A stretch of DNA of 64,000 nt from Utricularia gibba. Its lineage: Eukaryota > Plantae > Magnoliophyta. The stretch spans positions 992,001 to 1,056,000 of the forward strand of contig CM007989.1 in assembly GCA_002189035.1 (NCBI GenBank). The letters run 5' to 3'. Both the position numbers and the translations under genes were made by a program. A model generated the notes under the pieces. The model worked only from the letters and a program-made list of their open reading frames with translations, searched no databases and was not told the origin of the DNA. This document shows positions 49,956 through 64,000 of the stretch, piece after piece. Position 1 is the first letter of the stretch; each line of letters opens with the position of its first letter.

Positions 49956-51007
49956 GAAAAGGGAACTAAACGAGAACCACTGCTGGAGTTTGCAGATCAG
50001 CATGCTTTCTCATCATGTCGATAGACCTGGCAAACGAATCATTGTATATTAATCAATAAGCATGGCTTCTCAAACGGGTGCTTCTCCATTTCCTAGCAGC
50101 AGCTAAATCAAACACCCAACAAAACAGGGAGGGAGGTGAATCAACAGTTAAATAAAGAAAATCTCCTTATTTAATTATGTTATCTTTTCATTCGTAATCA
50201 ATATGAAATATCGTTATTAATCTTAACTACTAATTTGGAAGTTAGGGTTTGATGATAAATAATAATATTATTTAGATAAAGATTTGTATCTTTATAAGTT
50301 ATATTTTATAATAAATATAATTAAAAGTTTATATATGTGGTACAAGATAAAGAGTTCAATAAAATATATAATTAAATATAAAATGAATTTTTAAAACACT
50401 AGGCATTGTCATTATTGATGAATTCTCTCTTTTTTTATTATTATAGATGGTGGGTCGACCGTTAATTATTTGCTTAGTAAATAATATAATTAATTAGTTA
50501 AAAAATTAATCATCACGATTCGAGTAATTGAGAGATCAAGTTAATTACACACCGAGTTTTGGAGCATCTTGAATGATTGAAATGCACGTGTTTGGATAGA
50601 TACATTAAGCTTCCCACAACTCTAATGTGGAAAAAAAAAGAAAGTAAAATAAAACGAAACGGAAAAGGTAAATGAGAGAGAGAGAGGGGGAAGCGGTGGA
50701 CTGGAGAATCGCTGAAGAAAGATTCAGATTGAAGCCCTAATCAGATTTGGCACTTCCCTTCTGCAGAATCAACGATTCTGAAGGTTTTCGGTGAGTGCGC
50801 TTGGGTTGTCAGCTTCAGGTTTCGAGTTTTTGTTTTTTCAATCATTGTCACCGAGGATCGCTTGCTGGTAATTTGAAAAACGGTTTTCCTGTTGTTGTTT
50901 GCTTTCTCGCTGTGCAGGTTTCGGATCTAGCTGATTTCCCTGTAGGAGGGGGAGGATTTGTGATTAGATCCGCTGCTGTAAGTTGTATCTGGATTCGTTT
51001 TTGGCCG

Positions 51008-54000
51008 ATGGATGATTTGGATGTGTTGGCGCGGGATTTTGGGTTCGGGAATCGTGGGAAAGCCAATCCGATGAAGCCTGCTTCGACGGATCGACGGCCT
51101 GCTGATAACTCATTGCTCAGCGATGTGTTTGGTGGTCAACCCAAGTATTCGACCACTTCGACCTCCAGGAGTACTGCCAACCAGTCGCTGGGCAGGGATT
51201 TTGATTACGATTCCATTTTTAATTCATCTTCAGGGAGTGAATTTAAGAATGTCAGCAGCGGCAAGAAGTCTTCAGGGCCTGCGTTTGATAAACCTATCTA
51301 TGACGATGACATTTTTGATGGCTTGCCCGGGTTGAAGAGCAAACCAGCTGCTTCATCAATCAGGTTTGATGATGACGTGTTTGTTCCTGCTTCGCAGACA
51401 GCAAAGAGTCAGAACCATGATGTGGGGTTTGATGATCTGTTGGGCAATTTGGGAAGGAACGAGAAGGCTGAGGAAAGCTTCACCAGTTCGGTTAAGTTTG
51501 ACTCGTCTTCCCAGGGTTTTGATGATTTATTAGCGGGTTTTGGAGGTCAAAGTTCTCATTCTAACAATAGGTACGTCAATAATCCCTATGATGATGGCAC
51601 TTCTTTGGTCTGGCATCCATATGGATTTTATGATAAATCACATTCGCTCATAGGAAGCCATGTTTCAGTATGGCATAGAGGAGGAAATGTGTTACATTAT
51701 CTCACTAATGCTGTAATTTAGGTGAGCCAGTCCCTGGATAGGATTTCAAATATTTGATTGTGCAGAATGTATGCATTCTTTGAAGTATGATTTTTTCATT
51801 GTTAGCAAAAGTTTGCTCTTCAACTAGGTGGGGGCAATCTTTGACTTGAGTTTTTTTTGTGAATACAATTGATGGTGCAGACCAACTTCAGACTCACATT
51901 GGAGCTCAATGCCAACCATTGGTTCAAAGAAAAAGACTGTGCTAGATGATCCCTTTGTAGTTCTTGAGACTAATTCTGCCCCGCCTCAATCATCTTCTCA
52001 GATGGCCGCTGATCCATTGGAAGATATAGATAAATTTAGTAAATCTAAAAGTGTGAAGCCTGAAGTGTCATCTGGTGGTGGTGGAGCGTTTGATGACTTG
52101 GACCCCCTTGGTGCTCTTGGAAGGTCTTCAAGAAAGGATAATTTAGGCGATGATGAGATGCAAAGATCTTCATCTGGATATTCAGAGAACCAAGGGGACA
52201 ATATTCATCAGGATGGTTTTCCGAAATCTTCCTTTTTTGATCCTCCAAAGGATCCAAACGATTTAAAGAAAAATGTTCAAACTTCCAGCTCATCTCAATA
52301 TCACGGAACAGGGCCAAAAGCAGATACAGCTTCAACATCTGACACTGGGGCTGATCAGTTTGGAGATGTATGGCTTACTGTTTCTGAGATTCCTCTTTTT
52401 ACCCAGCCTTCAACAGCTCCACCCCCATCACGTCCTCCCCCACCCATACCTCGGAAAGAACCAGTTCCAGAGTCAGGATCCTTCGGTTCAAGTGCTCGAA
52501 GAAAAGGTGGTGAATTTTCTTCCCCTCCAAAATACCCTGACAGTTTTCAGAATTCGAAGATGCCCAACAAGGGGCCTCCATTATCACAGTTTGATGAGCT
52601 TGAGGATTTTGCCATGAGTAGAGCTCAGGGAGATTTCGAGGAAAATGCACATGCATCAGATGCAAGCATGTACTCTGCAGCTGCTGCTTCTGCTGCTGCC
52701 ATGAAGGACGCTATGGACAAGGCCGAGGCAAAGTTCCGCCATGCCAAGGAAGTACGTGAAAGAGAGTCCGCAAAGGCTGCTAGGAATAAGGAGTCTTTTC
52801 CCTTAGACAAAGACTTGCTTGATGAAGAAGAGAAGGAACTCAGGGAAAAACAGGAGAAATTGGAATTTGAAAGGAAACAAAAAGAAGAAGAAAGGGAGCG
52901 GCAAAGGCTTGAAAGTGAAAAGAGAAGGGAAATCGAAAGGGAGAAGGCTAGACAGGCAGTAGAAAGGGCTACTCGAGAGGCTCGTGAGAGGGCTGCTGCT
53001 GAAGCTCGCATGAAGGCTGAAAGGGCTGCCGTTGAAAAGGCTAATGCTGATGCACGAGAGCGTGCAGAGAGAGCGGCAGTTCAAAGAGCCCAAACTGAAG
53101 CTCGAGAGAGGGCCGCTGCGGAAGCTAAAGAGAGAGCTGATAAAGCTGCAGCGGAAGCTAGAGAAAGAGCTGCAGCGGCAGCAAAGGAAAAAGAACAACG
53201 GGAAAAGGCTGAAGCAAGGCGTCGAGTTGAGCGTGCTGCTGTTGAAAGGGCTACAGCGGAGGCCAGGCAGAGAGCTGCTGCAGAGGCTCGTGAAAAAGCT
53301 GCAGCAGCTGCTCGTGAAAAGGCCGCAGCAGCGACTCAGATGGCTCAAGAAAAGAATGACGATGATTTGGAGTCATTTTTTAGCAGTGGTCGAGCAAGCA
53401 GCGCACCAAAAGCAAGGACAAGCCCATTTGTGAGTCATAATGCAGCACATACTCTGATTCAGTGTCTCAATCTATTTCTTCTTTTTCAGTATTTCTAATG
53501 TTTTTTTTTTCATTCAGGATCCTTTCTTTGAACAACAATTCCCGAGCAAAGTTGTTCCAGAAAGTACGAGGGAGCACCAACGTCAGGAGGAACGTATTCT
53601 AGCATGAAAAAAGCTTCTTCTAGCACTAATATTGTTGATGATCTTTCCGCTATTTTTCGGGGTACATCTTTTTTCAAGCAGTAGGAAAATTTTCTCGTTA
53701 TAGAAATTCCCTTCACTTGGTTTTCTGATTTTATCATGATCTTTTGTCTTAAGCTGGTCCCTCAAGTGGAGAATTCCAGGAGGTTGAAGGAGAATCCGAA
53801 GAGAGAAGAAGAGCAAGGATGGAGCGCCACCAACGCACACAAGAGAGAGCAGTATGTCTCAATGTCTTGGATTTCTCCTAATTGCTCAAGTTAACATTTT
53901 CTTTCTGGGCGTGTTCTGTTCCTACCTGTGTTTATATCCTGCATCTGATTTTCAGGCTAAAGCGCTTGCTGAAAAAAATCAGCGGGACATCCAGGCTCAG

Positions 54001-54759
54001 AAGGAACAAGAGGAAAGACATGTGAGTCACTAATAACTTGTGGTGTTCTCTAATTCCTGGATCCTTTAGGTATGAGGCTCTTTCTCCTCACATCATAATA
54101 ACTTCATAATAGAGATACGCTGAGATGCTGGACGTTGAAATCAAGCGCTGGGCTGCTGGCAAAGAAGGAAATTTGCGTGCTCTTCTTTCTACTTTGCAAT
54201 ATGTGAGTTCCATGAATTTACAGTACCAAAAGAATAACTTTAATACTGAATAGCAATGTACGTAAAGTTGAGCTAATTTTTCAGATGAAGAAGCCTGCGT
54301 TTGTTTCTACGAAGGAATTTCAAAACTATCGTTGAATTTTTTTTTTTTTTTGTAGAGATGTGAAGTGGTATTGTTTCGTTTTGCATTGCAGGTGCTTTGG
54401 CCTGAATGTGGTTGGCAGCCTGTTTCTTTGACGGATTTGATAACTGGGGCCAACGTCAAGAAAGTCTACAGAAAAGCCACCCTCTGTATCCACCCTGATA
54501 AGGTGCAGCAAAAGGGCGCTACTCTTCAACAGAAGTATATTGCCGAAAAGGTTTTTGATCTGCTCAAGGTAGTACTTGGCACTCTTTTCTTTACTGGCGT
54601 CTTAAATTTCAAATACAAAGCACAAGTTATAAGCATTCCATTCAAATGCACACCGCAAACAAAGAGCTGCACAAAATGGCTGCTGCCTGTTTTATTTTTA
54701 AACCTGGAATTTCAATGTAGGAGGCCTGGAACAAGTTTAATTCAGAGGAGCTCTTCTGA
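51008..54759 (+). CDS. Auxilin-like J-domain protein (AUXILIN-LIKE1/2 type), with an apparent 1-nt frameshift in exon 3
   Basis: The protein has [12 protein letters not shown], an Ala/Glu/Arg coiled coil, [40 protein letters not shown] and [12 protein letters not shown]. Confidence 0.92.
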
Positions 54760-56780
54760 ACTCTGCAACAATTTACATTTTGGTGGACGATCCCCTTCAT
54801 TCCATTAGCCAGATGCTTCTTTTATGCGTGCCGCAGAGGATGATCTTATTGTAGTGTGAGGAACCAGGAACGAGAGGTCCTACTTCATATGAGTTTTGTG
54901 AAACTTAAACCTATCCACCCATATGCACAGGTGACATCTCTTCTGCTGCCGCTGCTCCCCCCTTATCCATATTTGTTGCACCATATCCTGGCTATGCATA
55001 ACAGGTACAGGAAAGATGAAATGCAGTGATTTCTTGCCGCTTTTTGTAGTGCTGGGTCCTCCCCAGCCAATTCTTTATTCTTGTATGATGTGTGGCTTGT
55101 AACTGCTGTTACCTGTTTTGTCCATCTTTACCATGCAATCTCAACTTTGATTCCCCTTTCCTGTTACACGCAGCGCACAGATACATACAGAGGGTCCTTG
55201 TTCCTTGACGTTTATGCTATATTACTGTTTCCATGGTGCTAGTTTATTATTTCTGTACTAAGAATCAATGTTCTGGGAATTTTCGAAATTTATTTCTATT
55301 TTTCAAAAAATAAAAATATTTTTTATTTTTAAATTATATTAGAAAAATTATTTTTAGAAGAGTAAGTATTTTATTTCTATGTTTACATTTTATTTTTACA
55401 ATTTTTTAGAATATTTATGATCTATTTTTATTTATATAAATTATTTTTACCTTTTTAAAATATTTTTTAAAAAATACAAATAAAGTCTCAAAATATTTAG
55501 AACAGTGGTTGAGTGAGAGGAAACGTCATGCTCCAGAAGATGTTATACGCACTCATGGCAGCAGCCCAACCTGCCAACAGAGAACGGAAGTTCTTGATGC
55601 GTCTGATCCGCATTATCAACTTTCAGATAATTCTGGGGTGAAAGGGAACTTAGAGTCCATACGGTTGCTTAAAAGCTCAGACGCTCCATCGTTGCCACAT
55701 CCTTGCAAAGGTACCAATTTCTTAGAAGGGTTTCTAGCTGCAGTGGACCAGTTTCACTATCATCATCTCCTCTGCTTTTCAAGTCCATCTGTGAAGATGC
55801 AAAGAACCACAGAAGTTAGCTCAAATGTATTTCCTAAAGCGATAAGCAACTGAAAACCATGTCACCAAGATTCCTGTTGTATGAAAAATCTACCACCTCC
55901 ATAAGAATTTACGCCGAGCATGCGACCAATTCCTTCATCAATTCAGTTTATAGCTCATCTGATTCCCAATTAAAAAAAAGTAGCAAACTCACAGATAAAG
56001 GCATTATTATCATTCTAACCGCTGGGTAGGAGGAGAGTATCGATCGCTTCACATTCGTGGCTCCTGACCGCTGGGTTCTTTTCAGATCGGTTTCCGAATT
56101 AGAAAATGCTTTTCCTTCAGCAACAACACCAGCAACGTCACTTCATAACGGTTTCCTTTCATGTCCTGATCGCCGTCGTACCAAAGGCGAAGAGACTGCA
56201 CCCGCTGCAGAGCACAAAATTAGGGTTCAGACCTGACTTCCCGGAGGGACGCGGATCCGCCATCTTATGTTTGAAGAACAATAATAAATAATCCATTTAC
56301 AACAATAATTTTGAAATTTAAATATCTTATTGATTGTCCTTTGAATAAAAAAATAATTTCAAAATACAAAATATGAAAATTCAAATAATTTTAATTATCG
56401 AAGTAGGCATAAATGAATAATGTGTTTTGATTTCTATCAAATATTTAAAGTATTGCCATTAAAAACAGTTATTACGCCATTGACGGACACAGCAGGCGGA
56501 AGTTTCGTCGCCGACCTTTCCGAGACGACGACGTGTTTGTCAGAGCAACGGACGCGGCTTCTGTTTCAAGCTTCGAGCTCTTTCTGTTCTCAGAACAGAA
56601 TGCCATGCTATATAAATCGGCGCACTTTGCGTGATGTTCTTCTTCTCATCTAGATCCGATTCTGGTCATCACGATTGATTTCGTTTGAGATTCTGCTTTT
56701 TCTTTTTTAATCTTGATTCTCTGTATATGGAGGGTTGCGTTGTCGACGATTCTCTGCATCTGGTGGTTGTTTGGTGAAAA

Positions 56781-57717
56781 ATGTGGAGAAATCCATGCGC
56801 TCGTTGGTTGAAGCACGTGCCGCGGCTTCATTGGTCGAATCATCGCCGAATCGGACTATTGGAATCGCCGTTACAGAGGCTGTGCACCGTAACCGGGAGC
56901 GATGGCGCTAGGAACGGCGAAGAGAATGGATTGACGTCCGCGGAGGCGAGGAAGCTGATGAGGCTAGTGAATGTGGAGGCCTTGAAGGACAAACTCGGCG
57001 TCGAGCACAAGGAAATGATCTCCTACACCGAATTGTTGAACGCATGCGAGAATTTAGGCGTGGCTAAATCGCCTGAGGAAGCGGCCGCGTTCGCGAAGGT
57101 TCTAGATGAAGCCGGCGTCGTCCTCCTTTTCCGCGACAAAGTATATCTTCATCCCGACAAGGTAATTCCCGGTCCCCGATTTTGAAAGTTTCCCCAAATC
57201 AGACCGAAACCGACCGTAATTTCTCATCATTTTATTTCAGGTGGTTGAATTGGTGAGAAGAGCCGTACCGCTCGCACTCCTACAAGAAGACGATCCAACC
57301 AAAGAGGAACTGAAGAAACTCCACCAAAAGAAAGAAGAAATCGATCGTTTGGCGCAGAAACAGGTACGCCGCGTCTTGTGGACGGGGCTCGGTGCTTCAC
57401 TCATTCAAGTTGGGTTGTTCTCCCGATTAACATTCTGGGAATTCTCATGGGACGTGATGGAGCCAATCGCGTTCTTCACGACCACCAGTGGATTAGTAGT
57501 AGGATACGCCTACTTCCTCTTCACTTCCAGAGATCCGACCTACGAAGATATGCTGAAGCGCCTCTTCATTTCCCGGCAGAGGAAGCTGATTAAGAAGCAC
57601 AATTTTGACATCAGCAGATACTTAGAGCTGCAGAGGAAATGCAAGCTCCCCCTCGCCCCCGTCAGGAGGCAGAACGACGGAGTTGGACCGCAACTTCACG
57701 ACCTAAGTGACGCCTAA
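56781..57717 (+). CDS. MCU: Mitochondrial calcium uniporter. Exons 56781-57161 and 57241-57717.
   Basis: The protein contains [34 protein letters not shown], and two TM helices flanking the selectivity filter [14 protein letters not shown]. Confidence 0.93.
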
Positions 57718-58044
57718 CTTCCCACTTCAAGCAGTTTACAGTTGACTAATAATTAATTAAACTACTGCTTTTAGCATAATGGGATTCTTCTTCTGATTGG
57801 TCGCAGCTTTTTTTTTTCTTTTCTATATTCTTGTTATGAGACGATGTGAAACCGTGGGTGAGCGCACACGGAAGTAGAAAACTCAGTGCTGTAGGAAATC
57901 TATTTCTGGAAATCAGGTGGGGACAAGGATAAGGTTGCTTTTGTTACATATGTGTTCTTCGATCTGGGGCCTTGTTCTTCATTGAGTTGACGATTCATCA
58001 GATTTGGTGAAAAGGGGTTCTTCATTGATCTATTCTGCAGAGCG

Positions 58045-58828
58045 ATGTCGGCTTCTTCACCTCTTAATCTTATCTCTTTGGGTGCCCAGCACCTCAATGC
58101 TTCGAGCCAAAGCCAATGCAAGCTTTTCCTCCCTCCTACTCCAGCTAACTATTCCTTGAAATCATCTGAACCCATCGCGGATTGGGTCTGGAAAGCTCCG
58201 GTTTCCGTGCCCAGAGCTGTTTCCGCTGTCGAGTACTCTGACACTGCCGAAAGGGTAAGTGGGTCTTTTCCTTGAAAACTGTGGCGTTGTGATCAAAGAA
58301 TGCTTTTTGACTGTGTTTGGGGCGAACAGGAGGCAGTGGAAGCTGGGATCAGAGTCAAGTATCATTTTCTTGTGGCGAATGCAAAGTTTATGCTGGATGA
58401 GGAGGAGCATTTCCAGGAGTTGATGGCTGAGCGCCTCCGAAACTTCGGGGAGAGGAACAAGGAGCAGGACTTCTGGCTGGTGATTGAGCCCAAGTTCTTG
58501 AACAAGTTTCCTGAAATCACCAGGAGACTCAAGAGACCAGCTGTTGCTCTTGTTTCGACTAATGGCCCCTGGATAAGGTGACCCTCAATGTGCTCAACTG
58601 CTGTTCTCGGCTTCTTTCTTCTAATCTATTTGATGCAGGTTCATGAAGCTGAGACTAGACAGAGTCTTGGAGGGCAGCTTTCAAGCAGAGGCTTTCGATG
58701 AAGCATTGGCTTCCAATCCTCCTGCTAGTCTCGAGTTCGATAAGCCTGAGAATTGGACTGCTCCATACCCAAAGTACCAATCCGGATGGTGGGACCCTTA
58801 TCTTCCCACCAAGGCATCTGAGGTATGA
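58045..58828 (+). CDS. YCF54: YCF54/LCAA, the Mg-protoporphyrin monomethyl ester cyclase auxiliary factor. Exons 58045-58254, 58330-58577 and 58639-58828.
   Basis: The protein contains KYHFLVANAKFMLDEEEHFQE, DFWLVIEPKFL, RPAVALVSTNGPWI/RFMKLRLDRVL and WTAPYPKY. Confidence 0.93.
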
Positions 58829-59777
58829 AGATTCCGTTCGATTAGGTTCCCCCGGCTCATCTCGCCGCCGCTGAAAACTCCGATGCTAACTCGGCGCCCG
58901 GCGATTGTGGATCTTCAGATCAAACTTTTAAGAGTGATGAACATTACACCGTTCTATCCAAATTCAGATCACACTATAATAAAGATCCCAAAATCTGGTA
59001 GAAGAAAACGACCTCCACTTCCTCCCGGTCACACGCTTCATAATTACCAGCTTACAATGAACCTGTGTCCTCGCCTAATCATGCTTATTTCGCCTTGATC
59101 GCCGATTCACTCAAGCAAATTAGCCGACAGAAATTCGCAAATTAGGGTTTCCAGGCAAAGCAGTTTGGGGTGTGAATCTCAGACGACAAACACGACCACC
59201 AATTCGTTCTCCGTGCACGTCACTACGATTCCTTCATTCTCAATTTCTCCAGAGCATCGGCTTATCGTGCCCGGTGGTTCATAAAATATTCAACCCCAAA
59301 TTTCCAGAATCACAACGTTAAAGCCGTCTCACTTGGGAATATTCCTACTATACTGAGCCAATGCAGCCACCGACCGGCAGAGCAACATCATCTACTAACC
59401 CGCTTCCGACGCCGCACGGCGCAAAATGAATTTGCTCCACCTCCAGTGCAGAATTTACAAGAAAGCAGACCCAAGGAGTGTTGAGCCTGTATCATGTCTC
59501 TGTCAAAATTTGGGCCAGGCCGCGAGCCCTCTTGGCCTCCTATCAAAACCGGGTTAACCCGGATTTATACCTAACCCGTCCCCATTTGGCCAGCTCAGAC
59601 AACAAATCCTGTGAAATTACAAGCAACCACTTTGCCTTGCCTAAAGTGGTTACTTTTTCATCTGAAATATATACACTAGTGAAGAAACACAGAAAACCAC
59701 ACCCACAGTCATCCTGTCTAAAGATGAAGTTGGATCATACTTACAAACACAATCAGCAGCAGCAGCAGTTCTTCTGC

Positions 59778-61867
59778 TCAGCCCCTTGTCAAGTTTCTCC
59801 ATTTGTCCTTTAAGTCCACCTGGGTTTTAACCATACTCGGAGTTTAGGCAGCAGATGAGAGAATTGAATGATAGATAGATCTATAACTTACCTCCGTTCT
59901 TTCTTCAAAAACATCTCTGTAGGCATTTAGGATGGTCTTCCAGTTCCCTCTTCCGTACCTTGGTGATAGCGAAAATAAGCAAAGGCAGAGTTCAGTAGGA
60001 GGATTTGACCTTTGGAAACAATGAGATGGGCCATGCTACGTGCGGAAGAGAGAGAGCTAGATCGTGTTACCAAGTGAAATAAAGCTTACATCTCCACACC
60101 GGTCCGCAGTGTGTCTTCTTCAAGAACACTCCACCTTCTGGTCATCCTTCTCCTTTTATTAGGTTCATAACGTTTTAGTTGAGGAATTTTAACCACCCTT
60201 GGGCTTGGTAGATGATGACGCCTCCTGGGGTTTGCTATTTCATCATCTGATATATCATCAATTGAGTCATCCCACTGCAACAAGCCATGAGCTTAACTAT
60301 GTTCCCAGTACGCATGATGTAAAATTGGCCTTGAACAAGAAATCAGGTGGAAAAGGTTTTAAAAAAGTGAAGCCAGCTAACCTGCATGGTATGGGCAGTG
60401 CTATTCCGATCCATCATGCTTGGCCTAGGGATGTCTTTCACTATGCCAGTAGCTTGCAACAGTCCATCATCATCACGCACCGTCGACCCAACGACATTCT
60501 CTTCTATGGCATCTTTGCTCTTCATATTTGATTGGATACCACATACTTCGTCGGCAATCCGTAATGCTCCAGGGAGAGGATCCGTCACGACAGCATGAAG
60601 ATCAGATGAACTAAGCTTAAGAGCTTTTTGAACCCTTTTGACTTCTGAGGCACATGGAATATTGTTACCTCCTTGTGGGAGATTTGCTTCCATTGAATCT
60701 GATTCATTGAGTTTTGCTCCTCTACCAGTTCCAGATACCAGCCTTCTAGCAGAACGCCGCAGACCAACAAGCTTGTCCCTGAGACGAATACCTTTAATTT
60801 GGGGTTCTGCAAAATTGGAATAAGAAAAATCGTAACATACGGGGCAAAAAGAGAACGCAAATCACATAAACACAAGACAAGATCTACTGTCCCATGCAAG
60901 GTATCGTTTCACATGGATGCCAGAAAGAGAGAAGCTTAAAGTGTTTCTCAAACATACGATTGACCGGATCATGAGCATCTAGTCTTGGAAAATTCGGAAT
61001 TTCACCTTCCACGATATGATCAGCATCACCCGGTTTATTGATCATATCAATACTTTCACGTTCTTTATCTACATGATCTGCATTTGCCAATTCATCAGTT
61101 ACTTGAGCAGTACATTGATCAGCATTCGCAACATTTTCAAGCACAACGTGATCAGCAATCACCACATTTTTTTTCTCCTTCACGCCTTTATTTTTAGTTA
61201 TCTCATCAGAACCCGCAGTTTCTAACATATCCTGAAGTTTCTGTCTGAATTCGCGTGCTATCAACTCAAAACACGAAGGCCCCATTTTCTTCTTCTCCCC
61301 CATCAAGAAAGCTTTGACTGCTCCAATTGCATCAATACCCTCAAGACTTTCAAGAACACTCTGACGAAAGTCAACATCCGATATTGCAGCCTCAATTATG
61401 TCATTCCACTCCCACAGGTTTTCTGATTCCAATCTGAAAACCACTTTATCCTTACTTCCAGTTTTTCCTCCCCAAATCCTCTTCATCGCCTCCCTGCAGC
61501 CATCGTCAGCGTCCTCCCAACTTTTCAATAGCCTTAGAGAACACTCCACGGCAACCACACAATAAACCTGCTTCATTGCATCAGAAACAGTTTCAACCCC
61601 TCGTTCCAATTCAATCTCCGCCAGCTGCGCAATATAATACAGCAACTTTTCCAAAGCTGGATTTTTCTGAATCTGAAACTCCAGTTCCTTCAACAAAATC
61701 AATTTTTTGAGATTCGGGTTGTCGTCAGAAAGCGGGAATAAACGAAGTAACGAATCCAAATCACATTTTCGAAGTCCCACGCTTCCTTTGAGAATGAACT
61801 CCAAGATCAGATTCCGGATGACGTACTGATCGGTATCCATAACCCAGTCCACAGGATAATCTTCCAT
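59778..61867 (-). CDS. Single-Myb telomere-repeat-binding-like protein (TRFL5-like). The start could be 61867 or 61840.
   Basis: The N-terminus has ILEFIL, YCVVAVECSL and VVTDPLPGAL. The C-terminal telobox-type Myb reads RRWSVLEEDTLRTGVEM/YGRGNWKTILNAYRDVFEERTE/VDLKDKWRNL. Confidence 0.85.
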
Positions 61868-61963
61868 TTCGGCAGATGCATCAATCTGAAATTTCCCCAA
61901 TTCAAACCCCTAATCTTTCCCCCTTGTGGAATTGGGTTCGAAATAAAGAAAAACAATTGGAAG

Positions 61964-62056
61964 TGGGCCACAAAACATGGCTATCTAACGAAGCCCAACA
62001 TTAATGGGCTGTACTCAAACAAGTTTTTTCCAATTAGGGTTTTGTTTATATATAAA
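61964..62056. promoter_or_regulatory. Ribosomal-protein-type promoter: three site II elements, a telo-box (TTAGGGTTT) and a TATA box
   Basis: TGGGCC at 61964, AGCCCA at 61992, TGGGCT at 62005, telo-box at 62034-62042, and TATATAAA near 62049. Confidence 0.7.
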
Positions 62057-62140
62057 CTAAGCGACGGCAGCTCTTCTCATCTGTCTCCAGAGAAATTAAG
62101 CGGAGAGGCCTTTGAATCGAGCTTCGTCGATCAATCCATA

Positions 62141-63299
<1,159 letters not shown>

Positions 63300-64000
63300 A
63301 GTATTTCTACTGCTACCAACTGCCTTATCATGATCTTCTTGTTTCTTTTACCATTTTGACTCAAGCGTGGGAATCGGTATCTGCCCACACCCGTCATTCG
63401 ATTTTCGCTTTCCCTGACATCAAGTTTGAGATTGATTCTTCGTGCGTCTAAATGCAATTCCAGGAAATTGTCTTTTTTTTTCTAATATTTTCTGTTGTTT
63501 CAAAAATTAATTTAGTTCTTTAAAATCATATTTAGGTTTGGTTACCGTAACGCGCCAAGAATGAGCTACTAGAGTATGGTAGTTGTGTCTCGTACAGCAA
63601 TTGTTTTTGTTTTCTCTAATGCATTATTCCTATTTTATAAGAAAATTATATATAATACTATAATACTTTTTTATTTTATATGTTGATAAAAAAGTTCCAA
63701 TTTCATAAGAATTATGGGATAGTAGTTTTTTTCTAAGTGATTTAAGATTGAGTTTACTATTATATCATTTTTTTATGCATAACTAATATTAGTATCATGT
63801 AAATTAGTAAAAAATTTTAATTTTAAATTCATTAAATTGAAGTAAAAATATCAAATGCAATTTGTATATTTTTACTTTATAAATTAATTAAATATAATTT
63901 TTATGACATAAATATATCATTTATTTAATATGAATCAATTATATAATAATTATCATTACAAATATTTTTAAATTATATATCGATTTTTATTTTATCAAAA

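Noticed and set aside
52625-53348. Long minus-strand ORFs rich in Ser, Leu and Ala.
   Set aside because: They are antisense shadows of the repetitive auxilin-like coiled-coil region.
55509-55853. 114-aa plus-strand ORF.
   Set aside because: It has a TTG start and no recognisable domain, and the splice-like signals in this block are on the minus strand.
58860-59600. GC-balanced block between the YCF54 and TRFL 3' ends with a telo-box and TGATG/CTGA-like words, considered as a snoRNA or hidden gene.
   Set aside because: I found no properly spaced C/D box pair with a terminal stem and no ORF of note. The block is compatible with 3' UTRs.

Overview
Gene-dense plant nuclear DNA, most likely a eudicot, judged from spliceosomal GT-AG introns mostly 70-150 nt long and AT-rich spacers. 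It holds about 22 protein-coding genes: DFR (truncated by the window edge), a group-VII ERF, a GH28 polygalacturonase, cyclin C, a ceQORH-like quinone reductase, a PPR protein, a ROF1/ROF2-type FKBP, YLMG1, a NOI/RIN4-like protein, an IBH1-like bHLH, BASS3, a DUF538 protein, HYD1 sterol isomerase, an MEE60-like membrane protein, PsaL, OGDH E1, a class I formin, MED19, RNase T2 (RNS2 type), an auxilin-like J protein, MCU, YCF54, a TRF-like Myb protein and RPS26. It also holds one U2 snRNA gene with its USE/TATA promoter and a PRCC-like pseudogene that the ORF track does not show as a gene. The most notable observations are: (1) a 4-nt microexon that supplies the Trp of the RNase T2 active-site motif; (2) the decayed PRCC-like gene lying head-to-head with U2; (3) a 112-bp duplication that copies a splice donor upstream of HYD1; (4) a GC-AG intron in the polygalacturonase; (5) three single-base frameshifts in G/C runs (NOI-like, OGDH E1, auxilin-like), which may be assembly errors. 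I found no convincing evidence of a wholly new multi-gene system. All family calls come from recognising motifs by eye, with no database search.
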